Shown: positions 19,469 through 29,818, counted from the stretch's first letter. The stretch is DNA of 64,000 nucleotides from an uncultured virus (IMG/VR IMGVR_UViG_3300014914_000005) (IMGVR_UViG_3300014914_000005), one strand, 5' to 3'. Notes: generated by a model not told the origin, from the sequence alone. A program made the numbers and translations.

Positions 19469-20461
19469 TTAGTCGTCCAGTAACAGCTCGAAAATACGGG
19501 ATGAAAGCGAACTTCTATGGTATATAGGCGCGCCTTCAAAGGCCATTATTATGTCATAAGCCTGCATGTTGCCATCTCGTAACAACTGTTTTTCTGCCAT
19601 GGTTAACAAAGCGATCCGGACTCTTTCAGGTTCCTCTTGCATGTTACTGATGATAGTGCTTACCTTTGCCCATTTAGCACCATTCATTAATGCTTTGTAA
19701 AGGTCCAAAACAGTCTTTGTCGACAATGTAAAATCCTTCACAGTTTCGAGCATGGTGGATTCATCATCCATATCAATTATCATATCTAACCAGACAAGAG
19801 CCTGTCTTGGGCATCCCTCACTCACAGTCGCTATTTTCTTAATAGCTTTTATCAACGGTTCTGTCATTCTCCTATCTTCTTGTTCGCAAACATGCTTCAA
19901 TAATTTGATGGTTTCCGATTTGCGAAGTGTTGATAATGTAAATGTAGAACATCGGTTTTTGACAGTGGTAAGCACTTTTTGAGGCTCTGTTGTAACCAAT
20001 ACAAAGTGACAATATGAAGGCGGTTCCTCAAGTATTTCCAACATAGCATTCCAAAAAGCGTTACTTGCTTTATGGCATTCATTTAGAATGTATATTTTCT
20101 TTTTACCGGCAAATGGTGCAAACTTGGCTTTCCGGATTATCTCCCGGGCAGTATCGACACCGGTAAAATTACTGATATTGAGTTCCTGAACCGTTTGGTC
20201 TGTACCTCCAAGCATTTTTGCGGTTATCCTAGCGACGGTTGTTTTACCGCATCCGCTTGGTCCTTGAAACAAGAAGCTTGCCGGGAGTGCTTTTTTACGT
20301 CTCAGTACGCTGCCCAAACTTTCGCGGAAGACGGCGTTTCCGTACAATTCTTTTAACTTGCTCGGGCGATACTTCTTGTCTAGGCTTACTCTGCCGCCTT
20401 CGGAGCTTTCTGATTGTGGTTTGGGTTTGCGTGTTTTCTTGGTTGTCCTGTTCGTTGTCAT
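19469..20461 (-). CDS. dnaX: clamp loader, DnaX (gamma/tau)-like AAA+
   Basis: KYRP, GPSGCGKTT, ILNECH, LEEPP, NRC. Confidence 0.9.
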   Translation of the reverse strand: MTTNRTTKKTRKPKPQSESSEGGRVSLDKKYRPSKLKELYGNAVFRESLGSVLRRKKALPASFLFQGPSGCGKTTVARITAKMLGGTDQTVQELNISNFTGVDTAREIIRKAKFAPFAGKKKIYILNECHKASNAFWNAMLEILEEPPSYCHFVLVTTEPQKVLTTVKNRCSTFTLSTLRKSETIKLLKHVCEQEDRRMTEPLIKAIKKIATVSEGCPRQALVWLDMIIDMDDESTMLETVKDFTLSTKTVLDLYKALMNGAKWAKVSTIISNMQEEPERVRIALLTMAEKQLLRDGNMQAYDIIMAFEGAPIYHRSSLSSRIFELLLDD

Positions 20462-20611
20462 ATGCCTCACCTCCAACTTTAAGGTTACGTTCTTTTCGCC
20501 ATTGTCGTCTAAATGTTCTAAGTTCCGATGTGATTGTTAAATGGCTTAACTCACCGGGACTCGGCAATCGGTCTGAAGTTAATATATGGAAAAGTTCTGT
20601 TCCTCTGCCCA

Positions 20612-20812
20612 TTAATGTATATCCACTTGATAGGTCATAAACAGTCTGCCTTTCCATCCACAGCGTTCACAAAAAAGTTTGTCGTCCCATTCCATGGGCT
20701 CGCCGGGTTCTTTAAATCCTAACAAAATGGTATTGTCACAGACCGGACAAATGTTCAAAGTTCTAGGTACTCTATTTTCGGCCATAGGGCCCGTATATGT
20801 TGGTTTACTCAT
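20612..20812 (-). CDS. small Zn-ribbon protein
   Basis: CPVC and CERCGW. Confidence 0.55.
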   Translation of the reverse strand: MSKPTYTGPMAENRVPRTLNICPVCDNTILLGFKEPGEPMEWDDKLFCERCGWKGRLFMTYQVDIH

Positions 20813-23447
20813 TAACTGCTCTCAACCACTTTGTGTAATCTTTTTTATAATACCAGCTCGCGCCAATATCGGTTATTTCCGGTTCGCATTCAAGTGGTAC
20901 AATAATCCAAGGCCAATGCTCCCGGATTTCCTTTGTCATTACACTATCACTTTGCTCAACAACCATTTCACGTTCGTCCGGGTGCATGTCCCACATAATT
21001 TCATCGTGAATCTCAGCCATTAATTGGCTCAACCAGTTGTTCGCTTTAGACCGTTTATTTAAACGGATGTGGGACCAAAGTAGGCAATGAAAAGCGCTAC
21101 CTTGTATTGGTGTATTAAATATCTGGTTACGGGTTAGAAGCTCCGGGCATTGAAAACCAGTATAAAATTCAATCTTGCCGGTCTTCTGGTAATCATGTAA
21201 GGTCTTCATTTGCCATTCCCGGGTGTAATGGTATTTATTCCAAAAACGGTCTTCGTGAGTTTTAACATGGTTTTCGAATACTTGAGGCCATTGGTTTTTC
21301 GGAAAGCCTCTGAAAAGTTCCTTTTCCATATGGTCTTGTATACGAACGCCGTTTGCCATCTTAAGCGGCATGGCCTCAACCCATAATGTCTTAGCACAGG
21401 ACTTGTAATAACTACCATATACTTCAGCAAATACAAATCCGCTTTTCATGGCCTGTCGAATTGGTTTTGTTAAAAACTCATCTGGTAACATAAATATTTC
21501 TTTTGCTTCGTCCCCATGCGGGTCGCCATCCTGTATAATGTAATCAATTAATACCGGGTCCTTTGAGTAACAAGCAAGGATTCGGATTTCCATACTTGCA
21601 TAATCGACACATAATATATGGTTTCCCATGGATGCTCTAATGCCTCGCCGGCATATTTTGGCACCTTCTTCATCACGTTTTTGAACGTTCTGCAAATTAG
21701 GTTCTGAGCTGCTACTGCGATATGTTCTTACAGTATGCAAATGAAAAAACGGATGTAACAATCCATTATCATTTTCATCTAAATAGCCTCGTACATAAGT
21801 ATTCAAAAGCTTGTGAGTCTTTCTCCGGTTATTGATTAGAGTGGCCAATGGATGTTTCATGCCAAGTAAAACATTCTTATCAACAGCATCCAAACCACTC
21901 TTTGTTTTCTTCTTTGGTTTCTTTTTGAGCACAGTAAAAAACATATCCCGGATATCTTTGGAGCTGAAATCCTTGGTTTTGATTTCAAACTTACGACCGA
22001 GCTGTTTTTCAAATTGCTTTACGTATTTACTTGTGAAAATCTTATTGTCGATCTCTTCAAGTTTTGCAGTCAGGTCGCGGTCCATTTCTGAATAATAAAT
22101 CTCATCAATTGGAACACCATGCTCTGTCGCGTCTGCCAATGCAAGAAGGCCTTGCCGGATTAATTTAAAAGCCTTGCCTCTACTGTCCTTTTTTCTGGTT
22201 AGTATACGGCGCTGAATATCATACAGCCGGCGGCAAAAATGGCTATCCAATCCGACGTACATTAAAAGCTTTTCCAATGGTACGGTATCAAGCAAATTGA
22301 AGTAAGTGCCCGGGTGAGTCTTTTTCATTAATGGTTCTATTTCGTCTTCGTAACCGTCTACACCAAAATGAATGTAAGCTTGGTATTTTAAACCGGAATA
22401 ATATTTGCGGCTATCCAGAACATGGGCTCCATTCATTGTGCACCAATGCCAGCCATTAACCTGACCGATTATTTTGTTACTCCACATATTTTCAAATGGC
22501 AGGTTATGAGCTGCTTTCTTTATTTTGGGATTTATCATTATTTCGGCAAGAGCGCCTTTAATCCATTTGACTTGTGCTTCGGTGAAATGGTTTGGATAGC
22601 TCACAGGAAAAGCAATGGTCTTATTTGTGGCAAGGCCAATCGAGGCAACCAATATGCGATGTCCGGGCTTATATGGCTTTTTACCAGTCGTTTCGAAGTC
22701 TAAGGTTATTACCTTATTGATCATGCGTTTAACGCGCTGTAAGGCCTGTTTTAGGGCCTTAAACTCCGTGATTATGGTTATGTATTGCTCGTGATCTTCC
22801 GGGACAGGCGGTTCTTTATGCTTTCGTATGCAAGAGACCGCATATTTTAGGTCCCTTCGGTATACGGTTTTCACAAGGTCATCCCATTCATTACGTAATA
22901 CATAAGACGGATGTATTAAAGGCAATACCCAAGCTTTTACTTTATGATCCGGAATGCATAAATGCCGCCATCTGGCCACTGTATTATTTTTAAATCGATT
23001 GAGATAAAAGCTTTGCATGGAAACTCCGCCCATTAGCATTATATAAGTGGGTTTCAGTTCCTCAATTACTTTATCAACTCTTGGCTTGCAACATTTAATT
23101 TCCTTGCCGCTTGGCGTTCGGTTCTTTGGCGGTCTACAATTAACAGTATTTATTTTCCAGCAATCCTCATGTAGGCTAATTCCCAGCTCTGCCAATTCTG
23201 TTTCTAATAATTGTCCGGCTTCGCCTACCAATTGAGTATTGCGTAAATCTTCTTCCCTCCCGGGAGCTTCCGGGATAACCAATATCTTTTTGCGGCCCTC
23301 ACCGCTGTATTCCATTTTTGGACTGTTACAAGTTTTGTATAGCCCGCAAACCTCACAAGGATCTTTTGCCTTCTTGTTTGTTGTAGATTTAGGTTTTAGG
23401 GCTCTTGGTTGTTTTTTTGTTAAGAAGCCTTTTACTGTTTTTGGCAT
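20805..23447 (-). CDS. polA: family A DNA polymerase with N-terminal uracil-DNA-glycosylase-like domain and 3'-5' exonuclease
   Basis: UDG: EAPG, CRPPKNRTP, HPSY; exonuclease: DFETTG; polymerase: PNLQN, DYASME, YGS, IHDE. Confidence 0.93.
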   Translation of the reverse strand: MPKTVKGFLTKKQPRALKPKSTTNKKAKDPCEVCGLYKTCNSPKMEYSGEGRKKILVIPEAPGREEDLRNTQLVGEAGQLLETELAELGISLHEDCWKINTVNCRPPKNRTPSGKEIKCCKPRVDKVIEELKPTYIMLMGGVSMQSFYLNRFKNNTVARWRHLCIPDHKVKAWVLPLIHPSYVLRNEWDDLVKTVYRRDLKYAVSCIRKHKEPPVPEDHEQYITIITEFKALKQALQRVKRMINKVITLDFETTGKKPYKPGHRILVASIGLATNKTIAFPVSYPNHFTEAQVKWIKGALAEIMINPKIKKAAHNLPFENMWSNKIIGQVNGWHWCTMNGAHVLDSRKYYSGLKYQAYIHFGVDGYEDEIEPLMKKTHPGTYFNLLDTVPLEKLLMYVGLDSHFCRRLYDIQRRILTRKKDSRGKAFKLIRQGLLALADATEHGVPIDEIYYSEMDRDLTAKLEEIDNKIFTSKYVKQFEKQLGRKFEIKTKDFSSKDIRDMFFTVLKKKPKKKTKSGLDAVDKNVLLGMKHPLATLINNRRKTHKLLNTYVRGYLDENDNGLLHPFFHLHTVRTYRSSSSEPNLQNVQKRDEEGAKICRRGIRASMGNHILCVDYASMEIRILACYSKDPVLIDYIIQDGDPHGDEAKEIFMLPDEFLTKPIRQAMKSGFVFAEVYGSYYKSCAKTLWVEAMPLKMANGVRIQDHMEKELFRGFPKNQWPQVFENHVKTHEDRFWNKYHYTREWQMKTLHDYQKTGKIEFYTGFQCPELLTRNQIFNTPIQGSAFHCLLWSHIRLNKRSKANNWLSQLMAEIHDEIMWDMHPDEREMVVEQSDSVMTKEIREHWPWIIVPLECEPEITDIGASWYYKKDYTKWLRAVNE

Positions 23448-23610
23448 CCTGCCTCCTTCTGAATTTTAAATACTCAACAGTATTCATTCGGTAATGAAAA
23501 CTCAAAAGACGGTTAACAACATTACATCGCCTGAAAAGCTTTCGTTCCGTACTCGCCCAAGTTGTATGGTCCGGCCAGCCCGCGGGCAAACCGGCAAAGT
23601 AGATTCTCAT
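23389..23610 (-). CDS. mini-protein resembling the DpdA N-terminus
   Basis: MRIYFAG...NRLLSFHY. Confidence 0.55.
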   Translation of the reverse strand: MRIYFAGLPAGWPDHTTWASTERKLFRRCNVVNRLLSFHYRMNTVEYLKFRRRQDAKNSKRLLNKKTTKSPKT

Positions 23611-24097
23611 AATGTTTTTCGCCTGTTTAAATAACGTACATGTTTCCAAGTTTTGTTTCGTTTAATGGATTTGATAGTATTAAAACTGACCGAAAATATT
23701 TGTGCAATATCCCTGAGTGGCATTTCTCTGTGATTAGTTTTTTAATTACCCATACTTCCTGTGGTCTAAGCCGTCTACTCATTAATCCAAGCCGATGGGC
23801 ATGCTTCATATTTTCAGACCGACTTGTATATTTTAGATTAGAGGCTTGATTATGAGTTTTAATTCCGTCTATATGGTTTATTTCTTTTCCTTTCGGTCTT
23901 GGCCCTAAAAATGTCCGGGCGATAATGACATGTACTTCTTTGTTATATGATTTACCATTTCGTGAAAGCGCACATTGTAGATATCCATGGTGCCGGTTTG
24001 GGTATAGTTTTCTTATTCGGCCTGTATGTTTATTTCTTATCATGCCTCTATCTGAGGCCTCATAATCTGGGAAACCTGGAATTGTCTTAAATGTCAT
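23607..24097 (-). pseudogene. NUMOD4-HNH homing endonuclease; -1 frameshift before the C-terminal HTH
   Basis: IPGFPDYEAS, INHIDGIKTHNQASNL; the -1 frame gives RDIAQIFSVSFNTIKSIKRNKTWKHV. Confidence 0.75.
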
Positions 24098-24324
24098 TGC
24101 ACTCTCCAACACCTATATTCTCCGGTCTTCTTGTCGACTTTTAAAATAGAAAACCGTTTTTCTTTATTGGTTTCTTTCTGGATGGCCAATGCCACGGACC
24201 GCACGTTTTTCTTTTTCTCTTCTGGAAGTAAGAAGGATTCACCCACCTCCATCTTTGTCATCTCCTGTCGAATAACGCCATGGTTTCGCGGTATAGGTAC
24301 ATCCTTTTCGATTTTAATATCCAT
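24094..24324 (-). CDS. small DNA-binding-like protein
   Basis: IKIEKDVPIP...MEVGESF...RCWRV. Confidence 0.65.
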   Translation of the reverse strand: MDIKIEKDVPIPRNHGVIRQEMTKMEVGESFLLPEEKKKNVRSVALAIQKETNKEKRFSILKVDKKTGEYRCWRVQ

Positions 24325-24328
24325 TTGA

Positions 24329-24667
24329 TTATTCCTCTACTTTTATAAAGTTAATATTATCAATTTCGGCATATAAATCATAATAGCCTCGTGAGGTTTC
24401 AACATTGTACGTATACAATTTTCCTTCTTCTATGTCTGCCAAGTAATCGTCGACACAGGCATTTGTTACAAGTTCGGAAAGTGTTTCCCACAACCAATCA
24501 CATTTTTCGCATCCCGGACAAGACTTACGTTTCATAAAACGCAATTCTTTTTTGGTGCAAATCCTTTTGTCTGATATAAAGGTGTTGATTCGACATCTCC
24601 AATAAAGGCCTTTACATTCCTTTATATTTGGGTCTACTTTCCTTTCCACCATTTGTAGATCAAGCAT
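24329..24667 (-). CDS. hypothetical protein
   Basis: KRKSCPGCEKC. Confidence 0.6.
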   Translation of the reverse strand: MLDLQMVERKVDPNIKECKGLYWRCRINTFISDKRICTKKELRFMKRKSCPGCEKCDWLWETLSELVTNACVDDYLADIEEGKLYTYNVETSRGYYDLYAEIDNINFIKVEE

Positions 24668-24668
24668 T

Positions 24669-25691
24669 TTATTCCTCTGTAAACAAGGAAACGAGATGGC
24701 TAAAAGGCCCGGTCTTAAATAAAGCCCTATCGTCCCCTATAACAACCTTGTTTGTTTTTGTCAATATTTCATTTAAAAATATGGGATTAATAGTCATTGT
24801 AATGGCTTTACGTTTGTTATACTTGACTTTCATTACTTTGGCAAGCTTGCCAATGTCTTGCTTCTCGGCCTTAATAAACAGCTGGCCGTCTTTCAGTTTT
24901 ATGTCGATCCTTTTTTCCTCAACGATCTGCCCATCTGCCAATACTTCCGCCACTTCCAAAGCCTCGGATAACTTTGCCGGCAATAATACTTTCTTGCCTT
25001 CGAATTCAAATTCATTCAGGTATTGTCGCGCCGGGTATTTACCATCGATTACTCTGGTACAAAACACCACCTTGTGCTCATTTTGAAAAAAGCACCATCC
25101 GTCTTTTACTGAGTATTTGATTGGTTTAAAGGCGAGTAGTTGCTTTGCAGCTTCGGCAGGGATCATCATGTCGTCGGCCATTTTTGCCGGGAGATCATAT
25201 TTGGAAATCCGGAGTTCATCAGTGGCCATTACATATTTATTTGAGATGTATACAGAGGTGAGATAAGGGAGGGTTGCGTTACGGCTGGCAGAAAAGGCAC
25301 ACCATTTAATGGCCTGTAATAACTTGTCCGGTATTTTCTTCCATGGTTTGAAATCCGGGAACTGTTCGACAAGCTCCAATATGCTCGTTTCGCCTGCAGC
25401 CGCCAATTCTGCTTTGGTTGTTTTGGTTTTGATTGTTAACCATTCACCATCCATAGACAATGTCACAATTTCATCTGTAAGCTTTTTAATCAGGTTATAA
25501 AATTCCTCGGACGGTACGCTACAAACAAAATCGCATTTCAATGGATGGATTACACAAATTTGGTCATTGTATGTAATGATCCGGTTATGGTCAAATATAA
25601 AATTACCGGACTCCTCAATGATTTCTTTTTTAGCAAGTGCCGGTTTGACGTCTTCTAAGATGCCGAGTAGCTTTTCCCTTTTTAGCTTCAT
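24669..25691 (-). CDS. dnaN: sliding clamp (DnaN-like beta subunit)
   Basis: 340 aa; PYLTSVY, MATDELRI, RVIDGKYP, INPIFL; dnaX and polA nearby. Confidence 0.8.
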   Translation of the reverse strand: MKLKREKLLGILEDVKPALAKKEIIEESGNFIFDHNRIITYNDQICVIHPLKCDFVCSVPSEEFYNLIKKLTDEIVTLSMDGEWLTIKTKTTKAELAAAGETSILELVEQFPDFKPWKKIPDKLLQAIKWCAFSASRNATLPYLTSVYISNKYVMATDELRISKYDLPAKMADDMMIPAEAAKQLLAFKPIKYSVKDGWCFFQNEHKVVFCTRVIDGKYPARQYLNEFEFEGKKVLLPAKLSEALEVAEVLADGQIVEEKRIDIKLKDGQLFIKAEKQDIGKLAKVMKVKYNKRKAITMTINPIFLNEILTKTNKVVIGDDRALFKTGPFSHLVSLFTEE

Positions 25692-25851
25692 GCTTTGCCT
25701 CCTTTATAATATGGTTAAATGCTCGTTTACGAAACGGTGCCCAAGAATCTGTCAAGTCATAGAAACTAAATAGCATGGCCCGCATCTGGCCTTTCTTATA
25801 CATGGAAAAACCACCGCTGTCGTCTCCACAACTTGCCAAGTAAATTTTCAT
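25630..25851 (-). CDS. mini-protein resembling the DpdA N-terminus
   Basis: MKIYLAS...MLFSFYDL. Confidence 0.55.
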   Translation of the reverse strand: MKIYLASCGDDSGGFSMYKKGQMRAMLFSFYDLTDSWAPFRKRAFNHIIKEAKHEAKKGKATRHLRRRQTGTC

Positions 25852-26018
25852 TAATCGATCTCTAAATCAAATGTAATATCTCTTTCGCCAGTTAACATAT
25901 CTGTTCCCTGGGCATACCATTCACAGCCAATGGATTCCATTAGTGCTTTTATTTTGTCGTCCAATTCAGGCTGTAGCCCGTTGTCGTAACATACGGTTAC
26001 TTTAAGTTTATTCGCCAT
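25851..26018 (-). CDS. hypothetical protein
   Basis: AGGAG RBS; TAATG coupling. Confidence 0.5.
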   Translation of the reverse strand: MANKLKVTVCYDNGLQPELDDKIKALMESIGCEWYAQGTDMLTGERDITFDLEID

Positions 26019-26268
26019 CTGCTTTCTCCTTTTCAAACCGTTCAATAGTTTCCTTCATAAATTTAATCATGTCTTCCCGTTTGCCATTGGACACATAATC
26101 AGCCTTGCCATCATTGTCATCAAATGGAAAAGCAATAAACAGAAAGCCTCTCGGCTCGCCATATATGTCCTTTATTATAAGGTCTAGCATATGAGCCAAG
26201 GAATTAAACAACTGCCTTCTGTTATGTTCGAATACTTCCGGAGTATCATACATTTTAATCTCCTTCAA
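26008..26268 (-). CDS. hypothetical phage protein
   Basis: GFLFIAFPF...YVSNGKREDMIKFMKE. Confidence 0.6.
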   Translation of the reverse strand: MKEIKMYDTPEVFEHNRRQLFNSLAHMLDLIIKDIYGEPRGFLFIAFPFDDNDGKADYVSNGKREDMIKFMKETIERFEKEKADGE

Positions 26269-26443
26269 AATAATACCAAATTATGAAATGATGGACGCAT
26301 CCATCATAAACAATTTGTCGCGGTGACATTGGAGTCGATGGGGAAGACGTTATAGATATGACTTGGATTCTGTCGGCATGCTCATTTAAGAATTGTAACA
26401 CTTGATCTTCGTTACTGCATAATTTTAAGTATGCTCTTTTCAT
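26255..26443 (-). CDS. hypothetical protein
   Basis: ATGA overlap with dpdA. Confidence 0.45.
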   Translation of the reverse strand: MKRAYLKLCSNEDQVLQFLNEHADRIQVISITSSPSTPMSPRQIVYDGCVHHFIIWYYFEGD

Positions 26444-27492
26444 TGGCCAAATCTCCTTGGTTGTACTATTTTAAATGGCCACGGCCATTTCGGAAGGTTC
26501 TTTTCAAAGTCCAAATAGAAAAGGATATTAACTTCGTCCCGGAGCCTGTAATTGTTTGTTACGCCTTCTTCCTCAATGATTTCTACTGTCATTAGTTTTC
26601 GGCTGAACCAGCGTTCGCCTTCTTGTAATACATATCCTTCTTCAACACCCTTTACACTGCTTCTACCAAAAGTAAAACCTTTTTCGTCGAGGTAATCCAA
26701 AATGAATTGCCGGGTGTTTGGTGCGAAGTTTTCAATATGCTTGCCAATGGTTTTCAATGCACCACTTTTATTGCTTACGTCGACAATGAATGGCCGACGT
26801 GTGTAATCGTATTCGCCTTGCTTTTTGCGAGGTACCATAATCGCGCCATGTCTGCCAGTCATAACCCAACTTGTAGAGTCGACCGAATACCATGGATAAC
26901 GAACCATTAAATCATGACTTGTCATTCCAAAGCCATGGATTTTACATCTGGGCATCCCGTCTTTTTTACAGATATACTTTAAGAATAAACCATCCAGCCA
27001 TTCTCGTAATACTGGTGTCGATATGGGAACCATACCGCCAAGAGCAACGAAATCATAATTGTCTAGGTAATGTTTTAGATACTTGATAGGCTCGCTGAAA
27101 TGGAAACATGGGACAGGTTTTAAGCCTGCCTTTTCCATTATTTTTTGGTTGTTTAAAGTGGTTTCCGGATCGTTGATATCGTCTAATACAGCATAATATT
27201 CGATGTGCTTTTTGTAACGTTTGATAAACTGTATATATTCGTCAATTTCAATTGGTACGTTTTTACTCCAAGCGCTAAATGCACCGGAGTCTAGAAACAA
27301 ACTCAATTTCTTCCGTCTCATTGCGACACTCCCAGCATACCGGATTAACCAGTCAAAACGGTCTTGTTCACCATACCCGGAATCAGCTGTTATTAATGTA
27401 TAATATGAAAATAACCGCCGAGGCTTATACTTTCTTTGGCTGGTTTCGTATGCCTCGGCGGTCCCTCCGCTTCCTACTAAATAAATATTCAT
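26440..27492 (-). CDS. dpdA: DpdA-like DNA 7-deazaguanine transglycosylase (TGT fold)
   Basis: FLDSGAFS, ALGGMV, IHGFG, PWYSVDSTSW; que genes nearby. Confidence 0.8.
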   Translation of the reverse strand: MNIYLVGSGGTAEAYETSQRKYKPRRLFSYYTLITADSGYGEQDRFDWLIRYAGSVAMRRKKLSLFLDSGAFSAWSKNVPIEIDEYIQFIKRYKKHIEYYAVLDDINDPETTLNNQKIMEKAGLKPVPCFHFSEPIKYLKHYLDNYDFVALGGMVPISTPVLREWLDGLFLKYICKKDGMPRCKIHGFGMTSHDLMVRYPWYSVDSTSWVMTGRHGAIMVPRKKQGEYDYTRRPFIVDVSNKSGALKTIGKHIENFAPNTRQFILDYLDEKGFTFGRSSVKGVEEGYVLQEGERWFSRKLMTVEIIEEEGVTNNYRLRDEVNILFYLDFEKNLPKWPWPFKIVQPRRFGQ

Positions 27493-27494
27493 GG

Positions 27495-28157
27495 TTATTT
27501 AAATTTCGCAACGTCACCAAGTTTAAACGTTCCGGCTCCGTCGTTTGCTTCCGGTGACGTTTTATCAGTGAGACGTTTAAGGTCTTCGACTTGCCTGTTC
27601 AAATCTGCAATGCGTTTGTTAAGTCCGCCAATAGTCTTTTCATTATCCTTTTCGCTTTCCTGCGCGTTTTTGATTACATTACGCAATTCATCGTCCTTTG
27701 TACGGACTGTTTGTTGAAGATGGCGAACGTAACGGATAATAGCACGGCCCATTTGCCAGTCTGCCATTTCATCACCCGGTGGCATTGCTTGAACAGGTGG
27801 TTTTACAGGCCGTTTGAGTGCCTGTTTTTTGGTTGTTGACATACTGTATCGGTATTGATTGCCATATGTTGATTTAACCGCCTCCAAAAGCTTTTGGCCT
27901 TGTAAAGCACCTTTTCGCATGTATACAACGTTCCATGTCTTTGCGCTTTTAGGCCAGACTTTATAATCGGTTCTAACAATCAAACCGCCCTTGACTAGAT
28001 CCCGGGCAAATTGAACTTCGATGGTTCGTGGTTTTGCATCTTTAGCCGCCGGTACTTTAAGCACTATTTCTGCAAAGTCTTTGGCCGTCCAAATAGGAAC
28101 CGTCGATTTGGAAATTATTTCCCGCATTACGTCCATCAACGTTATTCCGCGTGTCAT
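27495..28157 (-). CDS. hypothetical protein with C-terminal coiled-coil
   Basis: GGAGG RBS. Confidence 0.6.
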   Translation of the reverse strand: MTRGITLMDVMREIISKSTVPIWTAKDFAEIVLKVPAAKDAKPRTIEVQFARDLVKGGLIVRTDYKVWPKSAKTWNVVYMRKGALQGQKLLEAVKSTYGNQYRYSMSTTKKQALKRPVKPPVQAMPPGDEMADWQMGRAIIRYVRHLQQTVRTKDDELRNVIKNAQESEKDNEKTIGGLNKRIADLNRQVEDLKRLTDKTSPEANDGAGTFKLGDVAKFK

Positions 28158-28168
28158 TGTTCTGCCTC

Positions 28169-29077
28169 CTAGTTTTGTGTTAATCGCATAAATTCGTTTC
28201 TAGCCGCAAGTCCTTTGGTACTGTCCTCCAAGAAAATACCTTTCAGACTCGATGTAACCATTACACTATTTTGTTTTTCGACTCCGCGCATTTGTACGCA
28301 GAGATGGCGAGCTTCGATTACACATGCCGCACCCACTGGGTCCAATTCATCCATGAGGCATTGAGTAATCTGGTCGCCGAGCCGTTCTTGTATTTGTAAC
28401 CGGCGCGCATACATATCTGTAATTCTGGCAAGCTTTGAAAGGCCAATTACTTTTCCATTGCTAGGGATATATGCAACATGGGCTTTTCCAATAATAGGTA
28501 ACATGTGGTGTTCGCACATACTGTATATCTCTATGTTCTTAAGCAATACCATTTCATTGTACTTCTCGTCAAACTTTTTAATAATGTCTTGTGTCCTTAC
28601 GCTATAGCCTTCGAAAAGTTTATCATAGGCCTTTATTACACGTGCCGGCGTCTCCAATAGGCCTTGTCTGTTAGGGTTATCACCAATCATTTCTATTAAT
28701 CGCCTGACAGCATCCTCCGCCGGTTTTTCCTCCTCTTCCCACCAATACTGTATCCATTCATCAACGTGGTCATAGACGCAGAATGTAACGGACTCGCATT
28801 CAGAATGTGGTTTTATATGTATACAAGCAAAATCAAAACCTTTAAACTGCTGGCGGGTAGCACCGGAGTCGACAATATCATCAACAATTAAAACAGAGCT
28901 ATCCAGTTCGTCTTTGCTTACAATGGGAAGGCCTGTCAAATGCGTCAACTCCATAGCAACCGGGATACCGCCACGCGGTATTGGATAAAAACCTTTGTAA
29001 CGATTAATAGAACTTCTAATCGCCGTAGCAAGGCCTGTCATATCGTGTTTAAATGTTTTATAATCGTATTCCTTCAT
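28169..29077 (-). CDS. folE: phosphoribosyltransferase-GTP cyclohydrolase I fusion
   Basis: IPRGG and [12 protein letters not shown], then [25 protein letters not shown]. Confidence 0.9.
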   Translation of the reverse strand: MKEYDYKTFKHDMTGLATAIRSSINRYKGFYPIPRGGIPVAMELTHLTGLPIVSKDELDSSVLIVDDIVDSGATRQQFKGFDFACIHIKPHSECESVTFCVYDHVDEWIQYWWEEEEKPAEDAVRRLIEMIGDNPNRQGLLETPARVIKAYDKLFEGYSVRTQDIIKKFDEKYNEMVLLKNIEIYSMCEHHMLPIIGKAHVAYIPSNGKVIGLSKLARITDMYARRLQIQERLGDQITQCLMDELDPVGAACVIEARHLCVQMRGVEKQNSVMVTSSLKGIFLEDSTKGLAARNEFMRLTQN

Positions 29078-29746
29078 TTATGCCTCCAATAACGGATCTG
29101 GAATTTTGGCCTTCTGAAAACCTTTGGCTCTCAGTTTACACGCAGGACATTCGCCACAAGGTACTTTCGAACCTCTGTAACAAGTATGAGTGTGAGCATA
29201 CCAATCTAATTTATTTAGACTTTGCATCAACAGCACGGTTTCCATCTTGTCTAAATGCATTAACGGAGTGATGATATCAATTGGCCAATCCATTGCAAGG
29301 GAAGCGGTCGCGGCCATTGCTTGCACAAATTCTTCCCGGCAATCCGGATAACCGCTGTAATCGGTTTGGCAAACACCTGTATAAACAGTATGCGATCTAA
29401 GCGAATAGGCATGTATACAAGCCAAACTCAAAAACATCATATTTCTTCCCGGGACAAAGGTGGCCGGTAGGTTTGGGTCATTTGGGTGAGCGGCGTTTAT
29501 ATCAGCGTCTACATTAAGCAAAGCGGATTTAGTTTCCATCAACTGAAGACTGGAAATAGGGATCAACCGATGGCTGATAGCATTTGCTTTTTCAGAAAGG
29601 ATTGTAGCGCATTGTATTTCACGCAAGTGCCGCTGGTTATAATCAAACGTAATGGTATGAATTTCGGAGTAACGTTCACAAGCGAAAGCAAGACAAGTTG
29701 CGCTATCTTGCCCACCTGATAATACAACGATAGCAGAATTTTCCAT
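29078..29746 (-). CDS. queC: 7-cyano-7-deazaguanine synthase
   Basis: SGGQDS, FVPGRN, YPDCR, CGECPAC. Confidence 0.95.
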   Translation of the reverse strand: MENSAIVVLSGGQDSATCLAFACERYSEIHTITFDYNQRHLREIQCATILSEKANAISHRLIPISSLQLMETKSALLNVDADINAAHPNDPNLPATFVPGRNMMFLSLACIHAYSLRSHTVYTGVCQTDYSGYPDCREEFVQAMAATASLAMDWPIDIITPLMHLDKMETVLLMQSLNKLDWYAHTHTCYRGSKVPCGECPACKLRAKGFQKAKIPDPLLEA

Positions 29747-29764
29747 ATGTACACCTCTTTTTAA

Positions 29765-29797
29765 AATAAAACAAGGAAGGCCATGCTCTGGCCTTCC
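29765..29797 (-). terminator. intrinsic terminator
   Basis: GGAAGGCCA-gagca-TGGCCTTCC followed by TTGTTTTATTTT. Confidence 0.65.
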
Positions 29798-29818
29798 GTG
29801 CAGTGAGCAGGATTAACG

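Noticed and set aside
20805..23447. intein or intron in polA (dnaB and terL also checked)
   Set aside because: Lengths are explained by recognised domains, and no splicing motifs were seen.
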